NCBI GenBank assembly: GCA_017435525.1 | Contig: JAFSEW010000055.1 | Span: 6,722-70,721, forward strand | Direction: 5' to 3' | Length of the DNA stretch: 64,000 nt | Source of the DNA: Oscillospiraceae bacterium | Lineage (GTDB): Bacteria; Bacillota; Clostridia; Oscillospirales; Oscillospiraceae | In this document: positions 56,173-64,000 of the stretch, in pieces | Layout of the letters: every line of letters begins with the position of its first letter | Numbering within the stretch: the stretch's first letter is position 1 | Made by a program: the position numbers and the translations under genes | Notes under the pieces: model-generated | What the model was told of the DNA's origin: nothing | Seen by the model: the letters and a program-made list of their open reading frames with translations, nothing else | Databases searched by the model: none

Positions 56173-57579
56173 TTACGCCTCTAAAGTGCCGGTAAGACTC
56201 CAGGTGGTGGCACCGGTAATGCGGATGTTTTGGAAAGAGCCGATAAGCTTAGGATCTCCTTCAAAACGAACCAACCGGCCGCCCTCTGTCCGGGCGGTGA
56301 GCAAATCTTTGTCAGTGCCGTCTACCAGGCAGCGGAAGGTTTTGCCGATATAGCTTTCGTGAATTTTCTCAGAAATGCTGTTCTGAACGGCGCAAAGCCG
56401 GTCGAAACGGCGGTTCTTTTCTTCCTTGGGGGTAGGATCCTCCATCCCGGCAGCAGGGGTGCCAACCCGGGGGGAGAAAATAAAGGTAAACAGGGCGTCA
56501 TAGTGTACGGCTTCGATAAGAGAAATGGTTTGTTCAAATTCTTCTTCCGTTTCTCCCGGGAAGCCGACAATGACATCCGAGGTCAGCACCAGCTCCGGCA
56601 TAACGGATTTTGCATAGCGCACCTTTTCCAAATAAGTTTCCCGGTCATAGTGGCGGTTCATGGCCTTTAATACCCGGGAAGAACCGGACTGGAAGGGAAG
56701 GTGGAGCTGCTTAGCGATCTTCGGATGCTTGGCCATGGTGTCAAAAAGTTTTTCTGATGCATCCCGGGGATGGCTGGTCATGAAGCGAATGAGAAAATCC
56801 CCGTCCATGGACGCAATCTGTGCCAGAAGATCAGAAAAATCTACATTTTCCTCCAAATCTTTACCGTAGGAGTTCACATTTTGTCCTAACAGGGTGATCT
56901 CCCTGCAGCCGTTTTCGATAAGTGAGCGGCACTCAGCCAAAATGTCTTCCATTTTCCGACTGCGCTCCCGGCCCCGGACATAGGGGACGATGCAGTAGGT
57001 GCAGAAATTGTTGCAGCCGTACATAATGGATACCCATGCTTTTAATCGGGAGTCCCGCACCTGAGGGATTCCCTCGGCGATGGAGCCGGGCTCGTCTTCA
57101 ATGTAGAATTGGCGCTTCTTCCGGGTCAGCACATTCCACAAAATCTCCGGGAACTGCCAAAGATGGTGGGTAGAGAACACACCGTCAACATAGGGAAAGC
57201 TCTTGTACACCCGGTCAGAAACCTTGGTCTCACCGGCCATGCAGCCGCACAGGAAGATCTTTTGCCGGCTGTGGCGGCGCTTGGTGTGGGTCAGTGCCCC
57301 TAAGTTGCCGAAAACCCGCTGCTCCGCGTGTTCCCGGATGGCGCAGGTGTTGAGGATCACCACATCGGCCCCCTCAGCCTCCCGGACAATATCGTAACCG
57401 GCTTGGCTCAGATAGCCCCGAAGCTTTTCCGAATCCGCTTCGTTCTGCTGGCAGCCGTAGGTTTCCACATAGGCGGTGGGTGTTATATTTTGTTCATACC
57501 AGAAACCGCGGATCTGATCGCAGAAGGCAAACTGCGCAGATAGCTGTTCCTGGGTAATAATCGTTGTTTTGCTACTCAT
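56173..57579 (-). CDS. miaB: tRNA methylthiotransferase
   Basis: GCQQN, NTCAIRE, CNNFCTYC radical SAM motif, TRAM tail. Confidence 0.96.
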   Translation of the reverse strand: MSSKTTIITQEQLSAQFAFCDQIRGFWYEQNITPTAYVETYGCQQNEADSEKLRGYLSQAGYDIVREAEGADVVILNTCAIREHAEQRVFGNLGALTHTKRRHSRQKIFLCGCMAGETKVSDRVYKSFPYVDGVFSTHHLWQFPEILWNVLTRKKRQFYIEDEPGSIAEGIPQVRDSRLKAWVSIMYGCNNFCTYCIVPYVRGRERSRKMEDILAECRSLIENGCREITLLGQNVNSYGKDLEENVDFSDLLAQIASMDGDFLIRFMTSHPRDASEKLFDTMAKHPKIAKQLHLPFQSGSSRVLKAMNRHYDRETYLEKVRYAKSVMPELVLTSDVIVGFPGETEEEFEQTISLIEAVHYDALFTFIFSPRVGTPAAGMEDPTPKEEKNRRFDRLCAVQNSISEKIHESYIGKTFRCLVDGTDKDLLTARTEGGRLVRFEGDPKLIGSFQNIRITGATTWSLTGTLEA

Positions 57580-57701
57580 AGGAGCATCCTCCGGGAAATA
57601 CTTTCTCAATATGAGATCATAACATTTTTTTGCGATTTTTGCAAGTGGGAGCCTGCTTTTTTAACGAAAGTCTTCATAGGAAAAAACCAAAAGGCGAATT
57701 C

Positions 57702-57730
57702 TTGACATCAGAAAGATACTACGATATAAT
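57702..57730 (+). promoter_or_regulatory. Consensus sigma-A promoter
   Basis: TTGACA-17-TATAAT. Confidence 0.85.
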
Positions 57731-57764
57731 AGTTACAAATTTATGGTAAAAGGAGGGCTTTCCT

Positions 57765-57812
57765 GTGAACGGGATCAGTTGCACCCAAAGATATGCCCTC
57801 CTCTGCCGCTGA
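57765..57812 (+). CDS. Candidate 15-aa leader peptide MNGISCTQRYALLCR
   Basis: AAAGGAGG RBS, GTG start, followed by terminator at 57845-57880. Confidence 0.45.
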   Translation: MNGISCTQRYALLCR

Positions 57813-57844
57813 TAATCATATCTCAGTATTACAGACAGTACGTA

Positions 57845-57880
57845 GCGCAGGCAGAAGAACCTGCGCGGTTTTTGTTTTTT
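57845..57880 (+). terminator. Intrinsic terminator/attenuator
   Basis: GCGCAGG-N8-CCTGCGC plus long T tract. Confidence 0.75.
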
Positions 57881-57993
57881 GGCAAAGCAATTCTGGAGTC
57901 ACCATGGATTAAATCGTCTGCGGTTATTGGCGGATCTTTTGCCACTTGCTCTTGTCGATTTAATCAGTGGTTACTGGAAGAGAGGATATATCA

Positions 57994-58515
57994 ATGGCGA
58001 GAAGATCCACAAAAGAGAATAAGAACATCTATCAGCGCACGCGAGAATCGCTGGATCTGACCCGGGAGGAGGCATCTGATCTGCTTGTCACAATGTCTTC
58101 GGAACGGATTGAGAAGATCGAAAGTGAGCGCTCCATGCCGCACCCGGATGAAGTGCTGCTGATGTCCGATCAATATAAGCAGCCCGGTTTATGTAACTAC
58201 TACTGTGCAAATCAGTGCCCCATTGGGCAGCAGTATGTTCCGGAGATAAAGATCAAGGATCTGTCTCAGATCGTGCTGGAGACAATTGCTTCTTTGAATG
58301 CTATGCAGAAAAAGAAGGAGCGGCTCATCGAGATCACCGTGGATGGCCGCATCTCCGGTGATGAGCTGGCAGACTTTGTGTACATACAGGAAGAACTTGA
58401 GAAGATCTCCGTCGCGGTAGAGACTCTGCAGCTGTGGTGCGAGCGGATGCTGGATACCGGCGTTATTGACAGAACACAGTATGAAGCATATCAGAATGCT
58501 GCGCAGGATTTCTAA
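57994..58515 (+). CDS. XRE-family HTH regulator
   Basis: RESLDLTREEAS..IEKIE HTH, CNYYCANQCPIG, helical C-terminus; GAGAGGA RBS. Confidence 0.85.
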   Translation: MARRSTKENKNIYQRTRESLDLTREEASDLLVTMSSERIEKIESERSMPHPDEVLLMSDQYKQPGLCNYYCANQCPIGQQYVPEIKIKDLSQIVLETIASLNAMQKKKERLIEITVDGRISGDELADFVYIQEELEKISVAVETLQLWCERMLDTGVIDRTQYEAYQNAAQDF

Positions 58516-58647
58516 GTCTCTCTAATTGGAGAAAAAAGCCCATCTATTTTGCGGAACTGCACCTTTATTCCACGCATCATTTCTCATACAATATGGATAT
58601 GGTTGGAGCGACAAAGTTCCCGGTATCCGGAAAGGAAGTGATGCCTT

Positions 58648-58800
58648 GTGAGTGTAAGAAAACGGATCCTTACCATTCGACTGATGGAAAAGGTGAACGC
58701 AAACCCCGCATATGCAGAAGCGTTCGGCATTGTCGCACAAAACGGCTCAGCTGAACCTGAGCGGCAGAACGTTTCAAATTCTGCCGGTAATAAGTCGTAA
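58648..58800 (+). CDS. Small 50-aa protein upstream of flotillin
   Basis: AAGGAAGTGA RBS, GTG start, MSVRKRILTIRLMEKVNANPAYAEAFGI...; below the ORF-track cutoff. Confidence 0.6.
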   Translation: MSVRKRILTIRLMEKVNANPAYAEAFGIVAQNGSAEPERQNVSNSAGNKS

Positions 58801-58831
58801 GTAAACCCTGAAAACAGAAAGGAGAACCCCT

Positions 58832-60328
58832 ATGGAAATTACTATTGGTATTGGTATCGTGGCTGCAGCAATCGCCCTGCTGCTTATCGCCGGCTATGTG
58901 AAGGCACCCCCGGATACGGCATACATCATTTCCGGTTTCCGCAAGCCCCGCATCCTTATCGGCAAAGCCGGTATTCGAATTCCCTTCCTGGAGCGGATGG
59001 ATAAACTGAGCCTGAAAATGTTCTCTGTGGATGTAAAGACCACAGACTACGTCCCGAATGCTGAGTATATCAACGTTAAGGTTGACGCAACGGTTAAGAT
59101 TCGAATTGGTCAAAGCCATGAAATGATGACCCTGGCCTCCAAGTTCTTCCTGAACGAAGGCGAAGATATGATCATCCGCCGTGTGCAGGATACCCTGGAA
59201 GGCAACATGCGTGAGATCGTCGGTCAGATGAAGCTGGAAGAGATGGTCATTGACCGTAAGGCTTTCGGAGAGCGCGTTCAGGAAAACGCTGTCCCCGATC
59301 TGATGAAGATGGGTCTGGAAATGATCTCCTTCAATGTCCAGTCTTTCGCTGACCAGAACAACGTCATCGAGGATCTTGGTATTGACAACATCTCCCAGAT
59401 CAAGAAGGGTGCTGCTATCGCGAAAGCCCAGGCTGACCGTGACATCGCCATCTCCCAGGCCCAGGCAGCCAAGGAAGCCAACGATGCGAAGGTGCAGGCT
59501 GACATGGAGATCGCCGAGAAGCAGACCAGTCTGGCAATCCGGCAGGCAGAATTGAAGCAGCAGAGTGACGTGAAGAAGGCAGAAGCCGATGCTGCTTACT
59601 CCATCCAGGAGCAGGAGCAGAGAAAGACCATCGAGATCACCTCTGCTAACGCCAACATCGCGAAGGCCGAGCGGGAAGCTGAGCTGAAGGCCCGGGAAGT
59701 CGAGGTTAAGAAGCAGGTTCTGGATGCAGAGATCCGCGCAAAGGCCGACGCAGAGCGGTACCGCCAGGAACAGGAAGCACAGGCAGACCTCTTTAAGCGC
59801 CAGAAGGATGCGGAAGCCCGTCGTTATGAGCAGGAGCAGGCCGCTGCCGCTGATATGAAGATCGCAGAGGCGCAGCGTTTTGCAAGAGAGCAGGAAGCGG
59901 AAGGTATTGCAGCTGTCGGTAAGGCAGAAGCAGAGGCTATTCGTGCCAAAGCGTTGGCAGAGGCAGAAGGTATCGACAAGAAGGCTGAAGCAATGAAGAA
60001 GTATGGCGAAGCCGCAGTTGTCGAAATGATCATGGCTGTTCTGCCCGAGATCGCCCGGAATGTTGCCGAGCCTCTGAGCAAGGTCGACAAGATCACCATG
60101 TACGGCGAAGGCAACTCTGCGAAATTGGTCAGCGATATCGTCAACTCCACAACGCAGATCACCGAGGGTATCTCTGCCGGTATGGGCATAGATCTGAAGA
60201 GTCTGCTGATGGGCGCACTGGGCGGTAAGCTTGCCGCTGATAATCAACCTCCTGTTGTAGTCGTTCCTCAGGTGCACAGCGCTGCACAGACGCCTGCGGC
60301 CCAGGTTGATGACACTGAGACCGAATAA
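58832..60328 (+). CDS. Flotillin/SPFH domain protein
   Basis: N-terminal TM, SPFH (LEGNMREIVG), AEA coiled-coil repeats, PLSKVDKITMYG. Confidence 0.93.
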   Translation: MEITIGIGIVAAAIALLLIAGYVKAPPDTAYIISGFRKPRILIGKAGIRIPFLERMDKLSLKMFSVDVKTTDYVPNAEYINVKVDATVKIRIGQSHEMMTLASKFFLNEGEDMIIRRVQDTLEGNMREIVGQMKLEEMVIDRKAFGERVQENAVPDLMKMGLEMISFNVQSFADQNNVIEDLGIDNISQIKKGAAIAKAQADRDIAISQAQAAKEANDAKVQADMEIAEKQTSLAIRQAELKQQSDVKKAEADAAYSIQEQEQRKTIEITSANANIAKAEREAELKAREVEVKKQVLDAEIRAKADAERYRQEQEAQADLFKRQKDAEARRYEQEQAAAADMKIAEAQRFAREQEAEGIAAVGKAEAEAIRAKALAEAEGIDKKAEAMKKYGEAAVVEMIMAVLPEIARNVAEPLSKVDKITMYGEGNSAKLVSDIVNSTTQITEGISAGMGIDLKSLLMGALGGKLAADNQPPVVVVPQVHSAAQTPAAQVDDTETE

Positions 60329-60336
60329 GCTTTGCG

Positions 60337-60370
60337 GTGAGGCCTTGCAGTAATGTAAGGCCTCACTTTG
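60337..60370 (+). terminator. Flotillin terminator
   Basis: GTGAGGCCTT...AAGGCCTCACTTTG. Confidence 0.7.
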
Positions 60371-60471
60371 TGTAAGGGAGAAAAATTTTGGCTTTTCTGC
60401 AGGACCGGTGAAAAACGCCCCTTGCGGGACAAAGAGGATAGGCGGATATGTTTTGAGCAAAGAGGGGATAG

Positions 60472-61128
60472 ATGATGATACTGGAAACCAAACGGCTGAT
60501 CCTGCGCCCCTGGGACCCGGAGAATGCGGAGGAATTATACCAATATGCCAAAGATCCGGCGGTAGGCCCGCCGGCGGGATGGCCGCCCCACACAAGTGTG
60601 GATAATAGCCGCCAAATCATAAAAACCGTTCTTTCACAACCGGAAGTATACGCGGTATGTCTGAAGGACGGAAAGCCCATTGGCAGCATCGGCCTGCATC
60701 TGAAGGGCAGCACCGATATGACAGATCAGGATACGGAATGTGAGCTTGGCTACTGGCTGGGCAAACCCTATTGGGGACAGAGACTGATCCCGGAAGCGGC
60801 CCGGGAGCTGCTGCGCCATGCTTTTATGGAGTTGGGTATGCAGGCTGTGTGGTGCGGCTACTATGAAGGCAATGAAAAATCCCGCCGGGTGCAGGAAAAA
60901 CTGGGCTTTGAATTCCACCATAAGACAGAAAAGGTGGATGTTCCTTTGCTGCAGGAAGTTCGCACCGGGTATTGCAACCTGATGACAAAGCAGCGCTGGC
61001 AGAAGGTGCAGCTGTTCTTAAATCAAAAAGAATTGCTGGATATCTTCCGGCAGAAAAATGCCATTTCACAAGCCCAGTACAATAAAAGTCTGGGAGACCT
61101 CCGGGAGAAGATGGGCATATCTTTGTGA
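60472..61128 (+). CDS. RimJ/RimL-type GNAT acetyltransferase with C-terminal helical tail
   Basis: LETKRLILRPW, ELGYWLGKPYWGQ, NEKSRRVQEKLGF. Confidence 0.88.
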   Translation: MMILETKRLILRPWDPENAEELYQYAKDPAVGPPAGWPPHTSVDNSRQIIKTVLSQPEVYAVCLKDGKPIGSIGLHLKGSTDMTDQDTECELGYWLGKPYWGQRLIPEAARELLRHAFMELGMQAVWCGYYEGNEKSRRVQEKLGFEFHHKTEKVDVPLLQEVRTGYCNLMTKQRWQKVQLFLNQKELLDIFRQKNAISQAQYNKSLGDLREKMGISL

Positions 61129-61165
61129 TTTGGTCACAGATATCCTTTTGTTTTTTGGCTATACT
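61125..61165 (+). promoter_or_regulatory. GTGAC-N3-GTCAC box plus -10 (site 1)
   Basis: GTGATTTGGTCAC, then 22 nt to TATACT. Confidence 0.65.
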
Positions 61166-61195
61166 AAGGCCACAAACATAAAGGAGGTATCCATA

Positions 61196-61942
61196 ATGCG
61201 GTTAAAAAATAAAGTTGCAGTTATTACCGGCGGCAGTCGGGGAATCGGCTTTGCCACTGCCAAAGCTTTTTTAAAGGAAGGTGCTACGGTGGTGATCGCT
61301 GCCAGCACAGCAGAATCTGCCCAAAAGGCAGTTGCCAGACTGAAAGAGGAGTTCCCCCAGTCTGCCGTAGGCGGCATCAGCCCCAATTTGGCATCCTTTG
61401 AAGAGGTAAAAGAAGCGTTTCGGTATGTCCGGGAGAATTTCGGCTGCGTGGATATTTTAGTAAACAATGCCGGCGTATCTGAAAGCACCCCCTTTACCGA
61501 ATACACGGAGGAAGCCTTTGACAAGGTGATGGATCTGAATGTAAAGGGTGTGTTTAATGCCACCAAAGCCGCGGCAGAATGCATGATCCGCAAAGGCAGC
61601 GGTGTCATCCTCAGCACATCTTCCATGGTCAGCATCTACGGCCAGCCCAGCGGTCTTGCTTATCCGGCATCCAAGTTCGCGGTCAACGGACTGACGGTGT
61701 CTTTGGCAAGAGAATTGGGCCCCAAGGGTATCCGGGTCAATGCGGTAGCCCCGGGAATCACGGAAACAGATATGATGCGGGCTGTACCAAAAGAAGTCAT
61801 TGAGCCAATGATCAAACAGATCCCGCTTCGCCGGCTGGGTCAGCCGGAGGACATTGCCAACGCCTTCGTATTCCTGGCATCCGATGAAGCGTCCTATATT
61901 ACCGGCGTGGTGCTGAGTGTGGACGGTATGGCAAGAAGCTAA
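61196..61942 (+). CDS. SDR oxidoreductase, 3-alpha-hydroxysteroid dehydrogenase-like
   Basis: TGGSRGIG, NNAG, TSSMVSIYGQPSG, YPASK, LSVDGMARS. Confidence 0.85.
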   Translation: MRLKNKVAVITGGSRGIGFATAKAFLKEGATVVIAASTAESAQKAVARLKEEFPQSAVGGISPNLASFEEVKEAFRYVRENFGCVDILVNNAGVSESTPFTEYTEEAFDKVMDLNVKGVFNATKAAAECMIRKGSGVILSTSSMVSIYGQPSGLAYPASKFAVNGLTVSLARELGPKGIRVNAVAPGITETDMMRAVPKEVIEPMIKQIPLRRLGQPEDIANAFVFLASDEASYITGVVLSVDGMARS

Positions 61943-61983
61943 GTGACAAAGTTACAGAAAACCTATAAAATATGTAGTATCCT
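61943..61983 (+). promoter_or_regulatory. GTGAC-N3-GTCAC box plus -10 (site 2)
   Basis: GTGACAAAGTTAC, then 22 nt to TATCCT. Confidence 0.65.
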
Positions 61984-62014
61984 GTGATCACAAACAAAAA
62001 AGGAGGAACAGAAT

Positions 62015-62323
62015 ATGTCTGCTGTAAAAATCAACAAAGCCAATTTCCAAGAGGAAGTTTTAGGGTCGGAAAAGCCTGTGCTGCTGGACTTTTATGCTGA
62101 TTGGTGCGGTCCTTGCCGCATGGTGCTTCCCATTGTGGATGAGATCGCCCAAGAAAACCCGGAGGTTAAGGTTTGCAAGGTCAATGTGGATGAAGAGGCG
62201 GAATTGGCCGCCAAGTATCAGGTGTACAGTATCCCCAGCCTGTTTGTGCTGAAAAACGGGCAGATCGTAAATCAAAGCGTAGGCGCAAAATCCAAGGAAG
62301 AAATTCTGGAGATGCTGAAATAA
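62015..62323 (+). CDS. trxA: Thioredoxin
   Basis: DFYADWCGPCR, SIPSL. Confidence 0.96.
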   Translation: MSAVKINKANFQEEVLGSEKPVLLDFYADWCGPCRMVLPIVDEIAQENPEVKVCKVNVDEEAELAAKYQVYSIPSLFVLKNGQIVNQSVGAKSKEEILEMLK

Positions 62324-62325
62324 GA

Positions 62326-62360
62326 AAAACGGCGCAGGTCAAAAACCTGCGCCGTTATGT
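62326..62360. terminator. Bidirectional terminator
   Basis: AACGGCGCAGGT/ACCTGCGCCGTT. Confidence 0.8.
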
Positions 62361-63020
62361 TTAGTCTTCAGCCAGTTGCTCCAGCTTATCTTCGCCGATA
62401 ATTTCTATAGTGCCCCGGGTCAAAAGCACCATATCTTCTGCCTGAAAGTATTTCAGCATTCGGGTGACAACCTCTCTTGCCGTTCCTAAGTGGGCGGCAA
62501 TTTTTTCGTGGGTGATCTTTAAAACAGTGGTTTGCTCAATGCTGGATTCCTCTAAAAGAAAATGTGCCAGCCGCTTGTCAAAGCTTTTCCACTGGATCTG
62601 TTCTACCAGCCACATGACATCAGTAAAACGGGTGGCCATGATCTGATTGGTGTAGTTGGAAACGGCCAAAGAATTGTCCATCAGATTCTTGTAAAGATAG
62701 GGCGGGATGATCCAAAACTCCGTTTCCTTTTCCGCGGTGATGGTGATCTCAAACTGGATGGAGTTCATGATACACGAAGCGGAGAACAGGCAAATATCCC
62801 GGGCAAATAGCCGGTAAAGGGTGATCTCCCGGCCTTCGTCAGAGGTCATATAGGCTCTGAGCTGCCCATCGCGAATGATCAGCAGCCCCATGCAGGTGGT
62901 ATCGCCGTTGTGCAAGATCGTGCCGGGGGGCACGGTGCGCATGGATGCATGGGCATCCAAAAGCGCTTGCTGCTCCTTCGTCAGCTTATCATAGATGGGA
63001 AAATACTCCGATAATGCCAT
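62361..63020 (-). CDS. Crp/Fnr family transcriptional regulator
   Basis: GREITLYRL, CLFSASC, HTH THEKIAAHLGTAREVVTRML; GAGG RBS before 63020. Confidence 0.92.
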   Translation of the reverse strand: MALSEYFPIYDKLTKEQQALLDAHASMRTVPPGTILHNGDTTCMGLLIIRDGQLRAYMTSDEGREITLYRLFARDICLFSASCIMNSIQFEITITAEKETEFWIIPPYLYKNLMDNSLAVSNYTNQIMATRFTDVMWLVEQIQWKSFDKRLAHFLLEESSIEQTTVLKITHEKIAAHLGTAREVVTRMLKYFQAEDMVLLTRGTIEIIGEDKLEQLAED

Positions 63021-63094
63021 AGTATCCGCCTCATTTCTTGTTTCTGGTTTCAAAATAGCACATTTTTGCAAACAAGTCAATGCTTTCTCTTTGG

Positions 63095-63135
63095 GTGACC
63101 TTGTCACAGAAATTATGTTTCAAATTGGGTAAACT
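63095..63135 (+). promoter_or_regulatory. GTGAC-N3-GTCAC box plus -10 (site 3)
   Basis: GTGACCTTGTCAC, then 22 nt to TAAACT. Confidence 0.7.
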
Positions 63136-63161
63136 AAAGAAAAAAGAAAGGGAAATGTGTT

Positions 63162-64000
63162 ATGAAAAATGTGTACGATGTTGTTGTGATCGGTGGCGGC
63201 CCGGCAGGGTACACGGCTGCTTTGTATGCCGCAAGAGCAGGTCTTTCTACTTTGGTGCTGGAAAAGCTTTATGCCGGCGGACAGATGGCCCAAACCAACC
63301 AAATCGATAACTATCCCGGTTATCCCGAAGGGATCGACGGCATCAGCCTGGGCATGAATATGCAAGAGGGTGCGAAGCGATTTGGGGCAGAAACGGTGAA
63401 CACTGAGGTTTTGTCAGTACAGCTTCACGGGGCGATTAAGACCCTGGAAACAAAAAAAGGAATCTATTTTGCCAAAACCGTGATCATTGCCACCGGAGCA
63501 GGGCACAAGCACCTGGGACTTCCGGAGGAAGAAAAGCTGATCGGCCGGGGCGTTGCCTATTGCGCCGCCTGCGACGGGATGTTCTACCGGGGGAAAACGG
63601 TGGCGGTGGTGGGTGGCGGAAACTCTGCCGCAGCAGATGCTCTGACCCTGTCCCGGATCGCCCAAAAGGTGTATCTGATCCACCGCCGGGATACTCTTCG
63701 GGCAGAGAAGATTTACAGGGAACAGCTGGAAAAGGCGGAAAATGTAGAGCTTTTGTGGAACAGCAAGGTGTCTGAGCTGCTTTCCTCGGAAAGACTCACC
63801 GGTGTCAAACTGCAAAATGTTTCTTCCGGGGAAGAAAATGTTCTGGATTTGGACGGGCTTTTCATCAGTGTGGGAATGCAGCCGGCAACGAAGCTCTTTC
63901 AGGGACAATTGGAGCTGGATGAGAACGGGTATATCGTAGCGGACGAATCCACGAAGACCGGTATCCCCGGTGTCTTTGCGGTGGGAGATGTGCGGACGAA
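63162..64000 (+). CDS. trxB: Thioredoxin reductase (3' end runs off window)
   Basis: IGGGPAG, GGQM, NYPG, IATGA, YCAACDG, VGGGNSA, FAVGD; not in ORF track because it has no stop in the window. Confidence 0.95.
   Translation, partial: MKNVYDVVVIGGGPAGYTAALYAARAGLSTLVLEKLYAGGQMAQTNQIDNYPGYPEGIDGISLGMNMQEGAKRFGAETVNTEVLSVQLHGAIKTLETKKGIYFAKTVIIATGAGHKHLGLPEEEKLIGRGVAYCAACDGMFYRGKTVAVVGGGNSAAADALTLSRIAQKVYLIHRRDTLRAEKIYREQLEKAENVELLWNSKVSELLSSERLTGVKLQNVSSGEENVLDLDGLFISVGMQPATKLFQGQLELDENGYIVADESTKTGIPGVFAVGDVRT

Noticed and set aside
57743-58060. 105-aa ORF upstream of the XRE gene
   Set aside because: No RBS, crosses a terminator and overlaps the XRE gene out of frame; the short GTG uORF has the RBS.
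57994-58515. XRE gene as a prophage marker
   Set aside because: No phage structural, integrase or replication genes nearby.

Overview
Chromosomal window from a GC-rich (roughly 55-60%) Clostridia-type Firmicute, most consistent with a gut Oscillospiraceae (inferred from T-boxes, sigma-A promoters and gene content). It is mostly housekeeping and accessory metabolism: trpB-trpA-serC-serA behind a Trp T-box, metY, a heavy-metal P-type ATPase with ArsR, nudC, msrA, transporters, blaI/blaR1, tRNA-Thr/tRNA-Tyr, the miaB-mutS-mutL-miaA-hfq-yggS-sepF-divIVA-T-box-ileS block, a flotillin, and a Crp/Fnr-trxA-trxB redox locus. I found no CRISPR array, rRNA, integrase, transposase or reverse transcriptase. 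Main candidates for new biology: (1) a Trp-T-box operon coupling an intact TrpB, a TrpA that has lost its active-site motifs, and serine biosynthesis genes, i.e. a probable indole-salvage system; (2) an integrase-less ~1.7 kb low-GC mini-island at the tRNA-Tyr 3' end, bounded by a 15-bp duplication and built from two identically organised heptamer-hairpin/promoter/ORF cassettes; (3) a ~61-bp element inserted inside other REP-like repeats, with filled and empty sites side by side; (4) a GTGAC-N3-GTCAC box at identical spacing before a 3-alpha-HSDH-like SDR, trxA and trxB; (5) a candidate leader-peptide attenuator and a minigene-bearing small RNA. Family assignments come from motif recognition and recalled consensus sequences, not database searches.
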